This document shows positions 19,453-29,034 of a stretch of 64,000 nt of DNA, piece after piece. Position numbers and translations under genes: made by a program. The notes beneath the pieces were generated by a model. The model had not been told where the DNA came from. It ran no database searches and saw nothing but the letters and a program-made list of their open reading frames with translations. This DNA comes from Thermoproteota archaeon. Lineage in GTDB: Archaea > Korarchaeota > Korarchaeia > Korarchaeales > Korarchaeaceae. Every line of letters starts with the position of its first letter. The stretch's first letter is position 1. Location of the stretch: contig JAOZFN010000010.1 in assembly GCA_027492205.1 (NCBI GenBank), positions 1 through 64,000 on the forward strand. The letters run 5' to 3'.

Positions 19453-20139
19453 TTATCGCGACTGGACATCGGATCTCCTCGATGGACAGCTCTCGGCGAC
19501 GGGGCACCTGTCGCACAGCGGGCGGGCCCTGCACACCCTCCTGCCGAAATCGATCAGGGCGAAGTGGGCCGCCATCCTCTCTTCGGGCTGAAAGATGTCC
19601 TCCAGCGCTCCCTTGATCTCGGCGTATCCGGCGTTTTCCGGGACCAGCCCGAGCCTTTTGGCCACCCTCCCGACGTGCACGTCCACCGGCAGGATCGAAT
19701 GACCAAGGGCCATTAGTATGACGTCCGCCACTTTGTCCCCGATCCCCGGCAGAGATTTCAGCGTCTCCCGAGCCTCTTCCAAGTCCGCGTCGGCCAGGGA
19801 GGCCACCCCGGGGCCCTCAAGCTCCCACTCCGCCAGGGCCTTGACCGCCCTGGCCTTCGACCTGTACATGCCCGACACTCGGATTGCGTCCTCGAGGTCC
19901 TCCAAGGGGGCCTCCGCGATCTCCTTGGCTCCGCCGGGAAATCTCTCCATGAGCCTCTTCACGGCCTCCCTCTCCAGCTTGGCGGTCGTCCTGGGCGACA
20001 CGGCGATGGTCACCGCGACCCAGAAGGGGCTCAGCCCCTCCCTCCTCCACCAAGGGTCCCTCCCCGAGAAGAGCTTTACGATCTTCCTGACGGCCTGTAC
20101 TGCCCTTGCTTTCTTGCCAAGCCCCTTGCGCCCCGTCAT
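19453..20139 (-). CDS. nth: Endonuclease III (HhH-GPD, [4Fe-4S])
   Basis: LPGIGDKVAD, PVDVHV, CRARPLCDRCPVAESC; start ATG 20139. Confidence 0.88.
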   Translation of the reverse strand: MTGRKGLGKKARAVQAVRKIVKLFSGRDPWWRREGLSPFWVAVTIAVSPRTTAKLEREAVKRLMERFPGGAKEIAEAPLEDLEDAIRVSGMYRSKARAVKALAEWELEGPGVASLADADLEEARETLKSLPGIGDKVADVILMALGHSILPVDVHVGRVAKRLGLVPENAGYAEIKGALEDIFQPEERMAAHFALIDFGRRVCRARPLCDRCPVAESCPSRRSDVQSR

Positions 20140-20211
20140 CCCCCGCGTCACTGGGGAGTAACGAATTAACGCTTTCTGGCGCCCTAACTGGGGCGTCCGA
20201 GGGGGGCCGGG

Positions 20212-20931
20212 GTGACGGTGAGGATAACCATAGCGGCCACGGGAGATGTGCACTCCCCCCGCTACCTGCGTCAGTTCGTAGAGGCCGTCGACAGGCACGG
20301 CGGGAGGGCGGACCTCGTGCTCTTGGCGGGGGACATGGTGCTCAAGGGGGATCACGGAGAGTTCGCCAGGGTGCTAGAGTTCGTCGAGAGGCTCGGATCT
20401 CCCATAGTGGCCGTCTTTGGAAACGAGGAGTTCGACGAGTCCAAGCCGGCCCTAATTGAGGGGTACGGGGACAGGGTCACGTGGCTGGACGACCAGGCCG
20501 TCGAGGTCGAGGTCGCGGACACGCGCGTGTGGATCGTGGGAAGCAGGGGGTCCCTGAGACGCCCCACGACCTGGCAGCGGAAGCACGTGCCCGGCATAGA
20601 GGAGATCTACAGGAGGAGGGTTGAGCTCATTGACGAACTCTTGGCCAAGGCGGGGGACAGGCCCTCCATACTCCTCACGCACTACGCCCCCACGTTCAGG
20701 ACGCTGGTGGGAGAGAACAGGAGGATATGGCCCATGCTGGGAAATCCAGCCCTCGAGAGGGTCATCAAGAGGAGGCGGCCCGCCCTCGTGGTCCACGGAC
20801 ACGCCCACCGCGGGGCCAAGAGGGCCGATGTCTCTGGCATTCCGGTCTACAACGTCTCCCTTCCCGTCTGGTGGGAAATAGTCAGGATAGAGCTGAGTCC
20901 GCCCTCAAGCGGCTTGGAGCAGTTCTTCTAA
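20212..20931 (+). CDS. Calcineurin-like metallophosphoesterase
   Basis: GDVH, LAGD, FGNEE, THYAP, HGHAH. Confidence 0.9.
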   Translation: MTVRITIAATGDVHSPRYLRQFVEAVDRHGGRADLVLLAGDMVLKGDHGEFARVLEFVERLGSPIVAVFGNEEFDESKPALIEGYGDRVTWLDDQAVEVEVADTRVWIVGSRGSLRRPTTWQRKHVPGIEEIYRRRVELIDELLAKAGDRPSILLTHYAPTFRTLVGENRRIWPMLGNPALERVIKRRRPALVVHGHAHRGAKRADVSGIPVYNVSLPVWWEIVRIELSPPSSGLEQFF

Positions 20932-20950
20932 CCGAGAAGGAGAGAACACC

Positions 20951-21313
20951 TCACTCTCTGATGGCCGACGACACGACTTCACGGGCGAGCTTGCACCATT
21001 CCGCAAACTCCTCAGGTTCTATGGTGTTGGCTGCGGGGCAGAGTTCGTCAAGCACGCACTCCCCGCTCCCCGCGTCGACGACCACGGGGTAAGCCCTGCA
21101 GCCGGTGGGCCTGACAGGGTAGACCTGGCACCTTCCCCCGTCATCGAGGAACACGCACCTGCCGCCTACGTTCCTCAGCCTCAGCAGGCCGTGCCTGAAC
21201 TCTGCAAACTCCTCTAGCGCGTACCCACGACCGACAAGCCTCAGTACGTCGGTCTGAGTCAGCGGCATCTCAGTATCTAGGCAGCAGAGGCGGCACCCGG
21301 GCGGGCAGCGCAC
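20951..21313 (-). CDS. YkgJ-family cysteine-cluster protein
   Basis: CPPGCRLCC, CVFLD..RCQVYPVRPTGCRAYP. Confidence 0.85.
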   Translation of the reverse strand: MRCPPGCRLCCLDTEMPLTQTDVLRLVGRGYALEEFAEFRHGLLRLRNVGGRCVFLDDGGRCQVYPVRPTGCRAYPVVVDAGSGECVLDELCPAANTIEPEEFAEWCKLAREVVSSAIRE

Positions 21314-21370
21314 CGCCCCACTTCCCGGTCCGAATTTATAACGGCGCCAGCCCGACAACCCGGTCCGCCC

Positions 21371-21994
21371 ATGCCCGACAGGGACGGGAGGCACAGGTTC
21401 CTGGCGTTCAACTTCGGATACAGCTCGACGCTCCTGCTTGCGATACTCCCTCTCCTCGCAGAGAACTGGAGTTCGTCTGACTCAGAACTCTCCGACTACA
21501 TCCTGGACCACCTCTCGGTAGTCTCGGCGTCGTTCAGAGCGTTTGGGATGGACGTCCTCGGGGGGTGGGAGGCAGACTTCGTCGACGAGTTCAGGAAGAG
21601 GCTGGTCGCCGGCGAGGGAGACTGGATGGAGGGCCGCCTGGAGGCGCTTGAAAGGGCCATCAGGGCCACCAGGTGGGTGCTCTACCTCGAGATGGACCCC
21701 GAAGAGAGGGCCCTCTACACTCTGGGGGCTAGCGTCGCCAAGGCCTCCCTCGCCTTCATGACGGGGCTGGCCGAAGAGGCAGACGAGTTCCTGACGGACA
21801 CCGCCGAGGAGCTCGTAGACTCCGCCAGGAGGGTCAACCTACCTGAGGAGACCCTCAGGGACGTCGAGCAGCTCGCCCACCACCTCACGTCCGCCGGGGT
21901 GGAGCAGCCCCCGGGTGACCTCACTGGCCTGGCCGCCCGAGTGTTCAGTGAGATCTTCGCTTGGCTGAGTCGAACCCATCAGGAGTATAGCTGA
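21371..21994 (+). CDS. Hypothetical helical protein
   Basis: Clean ORF with host-like codon usage; TTTATA upstream. Confidence 0.7.
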   Translation: MPDRDGRHRFLAFNFGYSSTLLLAILPLLAENWSSSDSELSDYILDHLSVVSASFRAFGMDVLGGWEADFVDEFRKRLVAGEGDWMEGRLEALERAIRATRWVLYLEMDPEERALYTLGASVAKASLAFMTGLAEEADEFLTDTAEELVDSARRVNLPEETLRDVEQLAHHLTSAGVEQPPGDLTGLAARVFSEIFAWLSRTHQEYS

Positions 21995-22027
21995 ACGCGT
22001 CACGCTGCGGATGCCTGGGGGATTAGA

Positions 22028-22405
22028 ATGAGCCTGGCGATCCTTTCTCTCTTCGAGGCCGTCCGGACGGTAGAACTCGCAGGTGAGAGAGTCGACAGAG
22101 AAGTCCTCAGGAGGGCAATAGAGGCCGCGGCCAAGGTCTACTGGTCAGGCGTCCCACCCGACGTCAGGGAGGGAATGAGGGCCAGCTTCGAAGTGCTGGC
22201 CAGGGCAATCACGTCGGCGGAGATCACGATGGAAGAAGAAGAGGTCGCTATATTCGCCGCTAGAGAGCTTCTGGAAGCTGAGAGTGCCTTTGGCATCGAC
22301 AGACCCGCCGTAATTGAGGCCATAGACCGGGAACTCAGGTCGGCTGGGCTAGACGGATTGGCGGATCTGACGATGATGCTCCTATCGGCGAAGCTGAGGA
22401 CGTAG
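22028..22405 (+). CDS. Hypothetical protein
   Basis: ATG ORF, co-oriented, host-like codons. Confidence 0.65.
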   Translation: MSLAILSLFEAVRTVELAGERVDREVLRRAIEAAAKVYWSGVPPDVREGMRASFEVLARAITSAEITMEEEEVAIFAARELLEAESAFGIDRPAVIEAIDRELRSAGLDGLADLTMMLLSAKLRT

Positions 22406-22453
22406 GCCCGAAACCTTTTTGTTTCATTTTAGATCGGGCCGGGAGGGCCGAAG

Positions 22454-23515
22454 ATAGAGATCCGCGTCAGGGGGCGGACTGTCAACCTGAATCTTCTGGC
22501 CGAGCAGCACGGCGTCGATCTGAATACCCCAGTCAGGGACCGTTCCCTCGAGCCCAACAGATCCACCAGGATCTACAGGCTCGATCAGGATGTCGACGCG
22601 GAGTTGTACCTGTTGGACACGCAGGAGGCCAGAGAAATCGCCGCGTGGCCGCACGTGGTCATGGAGGAGCTGGACAGGAGGGCCTTCTCTACCGCCGGCG
22701 CCTGCGTGGAGTTTCTTGCACGAATAGGAGTTCTGAGCGGTCCATTAGTTGTTTTACACGTGCTCAGGGCTGGACCGGGTTACAGGGTCGCAGAGGCGCT
22801 GAGGGGCCGAGAGTTAACCTTCAGGGAGTTGTACGTTCGGCCGGAGTACCTCGCCACTTCGGAGAGGGATCACACGGGGGAGTCCGTCAGGGAGGTTAGG
22901 GTCACCTTCTCCGACTTCTCCCAGGCCCCAGAGGGAGAGAAGATAACGCTGATCAAGCCGGACACCGAGGCGACGGGCAGGACGGGGTTAGTATCTCTGG
23001 AAACGGCCTTCAGAGAACTGGAGGCGAGGTCCTGCACCGTGAGGACGCTCGTCCTTTACGGGTTCATCACGGACATCGCGGTCAGAAGGATAGCCCGATT
23101 TGCGGCGGACAGAGGGGTGGACAGGGTCGTGGCCGTCGCCCTCGTCGACCTAGCCGCCTTGGCCTCCAACGACTACGACATGGTGCTCTACGGGCCAGAC
23201 CTCCATGCGTGGAGGATCAAGAGGAAGCTAGTCAGGCTTGGGGCCACGGTGGGTCTCGAGACCTTCGCCGACATGGTCCGGATCTACGTTCCAGGACTCG
23301 ACCAGCCCGGGGACTTCTCGGAGAGGCAGTCATCGCTGTTCAACGGGGTGGGCTGGACGAGTGGGGACATATCGGGCCACCTGAGATCCACAGAAGACGC
23401 CATTGAGACCCTGTTGACCGTACCCGATCTGGAGGATTGGCAGAGGGAGATAGCAGAAGAGGAGCTTGATAGGGTGAGGGAGCTCGCGGGGAGGCTCTCG
23501 GGGCAAACCGTTTAA
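22454..23515 (+). CDS. Divergent type I phosphoribosyltransferase (UPRT-like)
   Basis: VLHVLRAG and LIKPDTEATGRTG resemble UPRT motifs; frame open from 22433, start uncertain (ATA 22454 after GGAGG, or TTG 22604). Confidence 0.6.
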   Translation: MEIRVRGRTVNLNLLAEQHGVDLNTPVRDRSLEPNRSTRIYRLDQDVDAELYLLDTQEAREIAAWPHVVMEELDRRAFSTAGACVEFLARIGVLSGPLVVLHVLRAGPGYRVAEALRGRELTFRELYVRPEYLATSERDHTGESVREVRVTFSDFSQAPEGEKITLIKPDTEATGRTGLVSLETAFRELEARSCTVRTLVLYGFITDIAVRRIARFAADRGVDRVVAVALVDLAALASNDYDMVLYGPDLHAWRIKRKLVRLGATVGLETFADMVRIYVPGLDQPGDFSERQSSLFNGVGWTSGDISGHLRSTEDAIETLLTVPDLEDWQREIAEEELDRVRELAGRLSGQTV

Positions 23516-23547
23516 TTGCCGTCAGGTCGGGCCACGAGGGTCCCGAG

Positions 23548-24114
23548 CTGATACTGTCAGACGTTGAGATCAGGGAGGCCCTCAAGTCGGGGGACATCAG
23601 GATAGAGCCCTTTGATCCCGACAGCCTGGGACCGTGTTCTGTAGACCTCAGGCTGGACACCCTCTTCAGGGTGTTTGGAGGGGACGGAGAGGTGGATCCC
23701 ATGAGGCTGGAGACCGTCGACAGGGGTGCAAGGCTGGTCGACACGGGCGGAGAGCCATTCACGCTCCAACCGGGGCAGTTCGTACTCGCCAGGACGGTGG
23801 AGAGGATCGCGCTCTCGAAGGGACTCGCGGCCTTCTTGGAGGGGAGGAGTAGCGTGGCTAGAATGGGCGTGATAGTTCATGCGGCGGGGCTCGTCAATCC
23901 CGGAACCGGGATGGCAAAACCGGTCCCCGTCGTCCTGGAGATATTCAACGAGAACGTGGTTCCCGTGAGGCTTTATCCGGGCATGAGGATCGTCCAGATA
24001 ATCTTCCTGAGGCTGGGAAGGCCTGCCTCGGCGGGGTATGATGAGAGACCGTCGTCCAAGTTTGTGAGTCAGGAAGAGCCCAGTCTGCTCTCGAGCAGGG
24101 GTGATCGAAGCTGA
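23548..24114 (+). CDS. dcd: dCTP deaminase
   Basis: (M)ILSDVEI...SVDLRL, EGRSSVARMG, VLEIFN, LYPGMRIVQ; conserved N-terminus begins at CTG 23548. Confidence 0.9.
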   Translation: MILSDVEIREALKSGDIRIEPFDPDSLGPCSVDLRLDTLFRVFGGDGEVDPMRLETVDRGARLVDTGGEPFTLQPGQFVLARTVERIALSKGLAAFLEGRSSVARMGVIVHAAGLVNPGTGMAKPVPVVLEIFNENVVPVRLYPGMRIVQIIFLRLGRPASAGYDERPSSKFVSQEEPSLLSSRGDRS

Positions 24115-25163
24115 GGAGGATCGAGGCGGTTGTTCTGGCCTGCCTCTCAGGCCTCGACCTGACCCTCGCGTTCGGCTACCGGCTCGGGCTCATTGAGATC
24201 GGCCCAACGCTCCTGTTCGTCCTCTCTCTGGTGGTGCTGGGGTGGCTCATCGCCAGGGCCTCTGAGGTCGCAGTCGGCGCGCTGGAGAGCTTCTCCGAGG
24301 CGGCCGGCGCTCCCCCGTATCTGACGGGAGTCTTGAGTTCACTCGCGTCCAGCCTCCCGGAGATCGCCCTGACGCTGATGGCCGTGATGTCGGGCGACCC
24401 AGAGGTCGTGGAGGTGGCGGTGCTCACCGTCATGATGAGCGTGGGCGCGGCGACCGTCATAGTCTCCGCGACGGCGGCCGTCGCCTCCATTAAGTCTGGT
24501 AGAGGCGTCGTTGAGGTCCCCAAGGAGGCCATGAGCGATGAGCTGAACGCGATCGCCTTCACGCTGACTGCCTACCTGGCCCTCTCCATGGTCTCGATGG
24601 CCAGACTCTTCTCGGGTCACTCCGACCAGCTCCCCAGAACCGTCGGCCCGATCCTGCTTTTGGCCTACCTCTCATACATAGTCATGCTGGCATCTAGGGC
24701 GGGGGGCAGGGGGAGGGGGACGGGCGGCGCCGCCAGACATCTGCTCGTGGGGCTGGCCGCGATGATCCCCGTCTTCATATCCGCCGAGGTGCTAGTCTAC
24801 CTAGTGGAGGAGCTGACGACCGCCGGGGGACTCGATGTGGTCCACGCCGCCGCGGCGCTGGCCCTGGTTGGGACGGTCCCAGAAAACGGGGTCGCCATCG
24901 TCTCCGCGGCGAAGGGGGACGTTGAGATTGGTCTCGGAAACGCGCTGAGCGGGGTCACGATACTGGCGCTGCTGGCCGTCGGGATCGTGGCAAGCGTCAG
25001 GCCGATACCCCTCGACGACTACGTTGTTGCCCAGATGGGGGTCACGACAGCCTCGGCGCTTATGCTGAAGTTCTCGGTGAGGGACGATGGCAAGATAGAC
25101 CTGGGCGAGGCGATCCTTATGGTCGCCCTGCAGGCACTGGCGTTCGACCTACTGCTGACCTGA
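24111..25163 (+). CDS. Ca2+/cation antiporter (CaCA) family
   Basis: Alpha-repeats ASSLPE and GTVPE...GNALSG; CTG start inferred. Confidence 0.8.
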   Translation: MRRIEAVVLACLSGLDLTLAFGYRLGLIEIGPTLLFVLSLVVLGWLIARASEVAVGALESFSEAAGAPPYLTGVLSSLASSLPEIALTLMAVMSGDPEVVEVAVLTVMMSVGAATVIVSATAAVASIKSGRGVVEVPKEAMSDELNAIAFTLTAYLALSMVSMARLFSGHSDQLPRTVGPILLLAYLSYIVMLASRAGGRGRGTGGAARHLLVGLAAMIPVFISAEVLVYLVEELTTAGGLDVVHAAAALALVGTVPENGVAIVSAAKGDVEIGLGNALSGVTILALLAVGIVASVRPIPLDDYVVAQMGVTTASALMLKFSVRDDGKIDLGEAILMVALQALAFDLLLT

Positions 25164-25896
25164 CGTCTGCGCGTGTGGTCCGCCGCTTCGACTCTCCTTC
25201 CTCCTTCCCCGCCTGGCCCCGCCTTCTGAGGAGTAGCCTCAGGACCGTCTTCGAGAAGCGAGCTATGTCCCGGGTGGCTCGGATCTTCGACTCCTCCCCG
25301 GCGTATATGGTGCTCACGGGCACGTCCCTGAGGTGCATGCCAGCCCTAGCCAGCAGGACCAGGGACTCGGTCTCCCCCTCGTAGCCGCTCCCCTCGACCT
25401 GCAGCAGGAGCTCAGCTGCCTCTCTCCTGTAGGCGCGGAAGCCGCACTGAGAGTCGCGGATCCTGACCCTGAGCAGGACCCTCAAGATGCCCGTGGTGAT
25501 GAAGTTGGAGAGCCTCCTGACTATCGGCATTCCCTCCCTAGACCTGAAACCGACGGCTACGTCCGCGTCCTCTAGGGCGAGGATCAGCTTGGGGATCTCC
25601 TCTGGAAGGTGCTGACCGTCGGCGTCGAGGGTCACAATGATGTCTGCGCCCTCGCCCAGGGCCTCCTGAACTCCCGTCTTGAGGGCCGCCCACTTCCCCA
25701 TGTTTACGGGGTGGGCGACGACGAGCGCGCCCGCATCGCGCGCCTCCCCGGCGGTCTCGTCAGAGCTCCCGTCGTCGACCACTATCACCTGGTCCACGAA
25801 CCTCTTCGCCCGCCTGACGACGTCCCCGATCCTCCCCCCCTCGTTGTACGCGGGGATGACCGCCACGACCCTACCCTCGCTGCCCCGTGAGACCAA
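25117..25896 (-). CDS. Glycosyltransferase family 2 (DPM1-like)
   Basis: VIPAYNE, VVDDGSSD, TLDADGQH, DSQCGFR. Confidence 0.92.
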   Translation of the reverse strand: MVSRGSEGRVVAVIPAYNEGGRIGDVVRRAKRFVDQVIVVDDGSSDETAGEARDAGALVVAHPVNMGKWAALKTGVQEALGEGADIIVTLDADGQHLPEEIPKLILALEDADVAVGFRSREGMPIVRRLSNFITTGILRVLLRVRIRDSQCGFRAYRREAAELLLQVEGSGYEGETESLVLLARAGMHLRDVPVSTIYAGEESKIRATRDIARFSKTVLRLLLRRRGQAGKEEGESKRRTTRADVRSAVGRTPVPAGRP

Positions 25897-25959
25897 CTCA
25901 GGCCCTCTGGGTGCGGAGAGGGCGATCCGAAATATAATGTATGGCCGATCGTCCCCCCG

Positions 25960-26778
25960 ATGGCCGCGCCCGTCGAAAGATACGACGGATACCTAATCGA
26001 CTTGGACGGCGTCCTCTGGGCCGGTTCCAAGACGTTTCCTGAGGCAGTGCGGACGGTGAACCGGCTTCGGTCGATGGGTAAGGCCGTAGTGTTCCTCACG
26101 AACAACTCCACGAGGAGCCGGTCGCAGTACGTGGAGAGGCTGAGGTCGATCGGGGTGGACTGGGTGGAGGAGGGGCATGTGGTGAACAGCGGGTACGCCA
26201 CCTCGAAGTACCTGGCCGAGCGTTTCGGTAGGCTCCACGTATTTCCCGTGGGCGACACCGGACTGCACGTGGAGCTGGTCCTGCAGGGTCACGCCCTGGT
26301 CTCCCAGGCGGACTGCTGGACCGGCAGGGTGGACGCGGTGGTAGTGGGGATGGACCCCAGCATAACCTACTGGAAGATAGGGGCAGCGGCGGCGGCCATA
26401 AGGAGGGGGGCCATGTTCGTCGCCACCAACCCCGACAAGACTTTTCCAACCGAGAGGGGACTCATGCCTGGTGCGGGGACCATCTTAGCGGCCCTGGAGG
26501 CCTCCTCGGGTAGGAGCCCCGAGATCAACATAGGGAAGCCCCACAGACCCATCTTCGAGGTGGCCCTCGAAGCCCTGGGCGTTGAGCGGGAGAGGGTGCT
26601 GGTAGTCGGCGACAGGCTCGACACGGATGTGGTGGGCGCAAGCGTCCTTGGACTGGACTCGGCCCTCGTCCTCACGGGGGTAGCGACCGAAGAGGACCTG
26701 AGAGAAGCGCGAGAGGGGCCAGCTTACGTCCTGAGAACGCTGGAAGACCTCTTCTCGGTTGCCTCGGGGGAGAAATGA
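25960..26778 (+). CDS. HAD-IIA hydrolase (NagD family)
   Basis: DLDGVL, FLTNNS, TNPD, IGKP, VGDRLDTD. Confidence 0.92.
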   Translation: MAAPVERYDGYLIDLDGVLWAGSKTFPEAVRTVNRLRSMGKAVVFLTNNSTRSRSQYVERLRSIGVDWVEEGHVVNSGYATSKYLAERFGRLHVFPVGDTGLHVELVLQGHALVSQADCWTGRVDAVVVGMDPSITYWKIGAAAAAIRRGAMFVATNPDKTFPTERGLMPGAGTILAALEASSGRSPEINIGKPHRPIFEVALEALGVERERVLVVGDRLDTDVVGASVLGLDSALVLTGVATEEDLREAREGPAYVLRTLEDLFSVASGEK

Positions 26779-26802
26779 GGATGGGAGGGGTTGAGGAGAG
26801 AC

Positions 26803-27798
26803 TTAGGGGGAGTGGAACGTCTCAACGACGGATATCTCCGAAGGCTGGACGGCTCCGTCAGAGTTAGCGTCCTCCCAGAGCAAGACGAAGCCCGCGTCCG
26901 GACTCAGCCTGTTCATGTTGCTGCTGAGCCACACGAGGGCAGCCCATGTCCCGTATCGTGTGCACCCCATCGCCCCGGCCACGTATCTGGTGCCCTCGCG
27001 GAACGTGAACACGACGGCGTAGTCCCTCTTGGCCCAGTCTGCCCCGGACACGGAGTAGGTCTTCCCGATCGATCGGACCTCCATCACGATTGATCTGCCC
27101 GCCTTCGAGAAGTAGACCCCCATGTGCGAAGCCGCGGACTTGGCAGGGTTGACCACCGCCCTCCCCTCGTGGGCGAAGGGTCCGCCGACCACTATGTAGG
27201 AGGCCCTCTCGGGGAGAGACATGACTACCGTCCCTCCTATCGTGGAAGAGAACTCCTGCGCACGCTGCTCGTCCACCCGAGAGCCCACCAGCAGGTAGGG
27301 ATACCTTCCGCTCCCTCCGAGGACGCCGCCCAGCATGGAGCAGAGGGTCTCGCCGCTGGGACTCCCCTCCTCGGCCAGCACCACCTTGGACGAGGAGTCG
27401 AGCACGATCCAAGTTGGGGTGGCCCTCAGCTGGAAGGCCGTAACGAGCTCGCCGGTCCCGTCGGCGTACCTCCACCCCTCGGCCCCGATGGAGAGGAAGA
27501 ACTGGTAGTCCGCCTCAAGGTCCCTGCTGACCCCCACCGCAACCACCGCGTAGTTCAGGGGAGTCCTGCAGGCCTTGAGGGCCTGGGCGAGCTTGGGCAG
27601 GTCCGTGCGGCAGTGCGGACAGTTGTGCTGGAAGAACACAAGGACGACCGCGTCCCACATCAGGTTCTCCGACGAGATGACCGCCCCGTCCTTGGTCGTG
27701 AGGGAGAATGACACCCTCTGCCCAACGGTGGGCAGGGCCGCCAGGGTGAGCGCCTGAAGGAGCATCAGCGCCGCGAGCGCAGCGGCCGGGGTTCGCAT
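26803..27798 (-). CDS. Secreted TlpA-like thioredoxin with C-terminal S-layer-like domain
   Basis: Signal peptide; CPHC; ATPTW cis-Pro; C-terminal GGPF...GCTRYGT...WEDANSDG. Confidence 0.8.
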   Translation of the reverse strand: MRTPAAALAALMLLQALTLAALPTVGQRVSFSLTTKDGAVISSENLMWDAVVLVFFQHNCPHCRTDLPKLAQALKACRTPLNYAVVAVGVSRDLEADYQFFLSIGAEGWRYADGTGELVTAFQLRATPTWIVLDSSSKVVLAEEGSPSGETLCSMLGGVLGGSGRYPYLLVGSRVDEQRAQEFSSTIGGTVVMSLPERASYIVVGGPFAHEGRAVVNPAKSAASHMGVYFSKAGRSIVMEVRSIGKTYSVSGADWAKRDYAVVFTFREGTRYVAGAMGCTRYGTWAALVWLSSNMNRLSPDAGFVLLWEDANSDGAVQPSEISVVETFHSP

Positions 27799-27829
27799 CG
27801 GGGCGCGTCGCCCGCGACCAATATTTAAC

Positions 27830-28705
27830 GTGTCCCGAGCCGCCGGCAGCTCGGGCACCCGAGAAGGAGGTGCGCTTGGACGCTTGGGTCCTGAGCAGGC
27901 GGGCGCCGTCGTGAGGCCGGTTTTTGCGAAATCCGCGCTGACCCGCAGCAGAATAGAGGGCATAGACTACGCCGTGAACCCCTACTACGGCTGCCTGCAC
28001 GGCTGTCGATACTGCTACGCGGCGTGTATGACGATGAGGCGATTCCCCGATCACGTGTGGGGGCTCCACGTCCACCCAAAGGTTAACGTCCACCGCCTCC
28101 TAGACAGAGAACTCTCGTCGGCGAGGCCAGGGCTCGTAGAACTCGGCACGTCCACAGATCCCTACCAGCCCATCGAGTCCAGGTTCCAGTTGACCAGACG
28201 CTGCCTGGAGGTCCTCTCCCGCCACTCGGGGTTCGACGTCGCCCTGCTGACCAAGTCCCCCCTTGTCCTGAGAGACCTCGAGGTCCTGAGGGCGGTCGAC
28301 GCGGAGGTAGGGCTCTCGCTCAGCGGCCTAGGGGGTGCCTTGTGGCTCCTCGAGCCGAGGGCGCCCCCCGCAGAGGCGAGGCTGGCGGCGCTCAGGAGGC
28401 TGTCCTCTGAGGGGCTGAGGACGTTCGCGTTCATATCTCCGGTGCTGCCTGGAATCACCGACAGGCAGATCCAATCACTCCTGAGGGCCGTCGCAGGGGC
28501 GAGGCCGAGTAGGGTGCTCGTGGACGCGCTGAGGTTCAGACCGGGCGTCCTCAGGTCAATGAGACAGGCACTATACAGCTCACCCGACCTGCTGAGAGAG
28601 CTGGAATCCTACGCGTCCGACCAGTTGGGGTGGCTTCAACGAGTGAGGGCCGCGATGGAGGAGTCGGCCGAGGGGCTCGGCCTCACCGTGGAATTCCTGT
28701 TCTGA
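27830..28705 (+). CDS. Radical SAM protein, SPL-like family
   Basis: NPYYGCLHGCRYCYA, TDPYQPIE, TKSPLVLRD, EPRAP; start uncertain. Confidence 0.88.
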   Translation: MSRAAGSSGTREGGALGRLGPEQAGAVVRPVFAKSALTRSRIEGIDYAVNPYYGCLHGCRYCYAACMTMRRFPDHVWGLHVHPKVNVHRLLDRELSSARPGLVELGTSTDPYQPIESRFQLTRRCLEVLSRHSGFDVALLTKSPLVLRDLEVLRAVDAEVGLSLSGLGGALWLLEPRAPPAEARLAALRRLSSEGLRTFAFISPVLPGITDRQIQSLLRAVAGARPSRVLVDALRFRPGVLRSMRQALYSSPDLLRELESYASDQLGWLQRVRAAMEESAEGLGLTVEFLF

Positions 28706-28712
28706 GCCCAGC

Positions 28713-28958
28713 TCAGGCCTTCGAGGCATGCACGAGGTAACTCTTCACGAGTTCCAAACCCGGCAGCACAGTCCTTCCCGTGACGAGGGCCGGTGTGACG
28801 GCCGTGCCGATCGACTGGACGAGGTAGGGGGCGACCCGTGGGTCATCGGCGTAGACGACCTTCACGTCCACGCCCAGAGACCTGGCCAGCCTAAGGACCT
28901 CTTCGCTCTCGGGCTGCTCTCTCCTGACCAAAAGTATCATTGCCACGTGCCCACCCAC
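28713..28958 (-). CDS. Small glutaredoxin-like protein lacking cysteines
   Basis: QPES in place of CPxC; TPAL cis-Pro-like motif. Confidence 0.55.
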   Translation of the reverse strand: MGGHVAMILLVRREQPESEEVLRLARSLGVDVKVVYADDPRVAPYLVQSIGTAVTPALVTGRTVLPGLELVKSYLVHASKA

Positions 28959-29034
28959 CCTTCGACGGTGATAAGGGGAACGGGGTGGGCTTCAGGTCCG
29001 ATATCTTCATTTTCTCCCGGGGGGCGGCGCGCGC

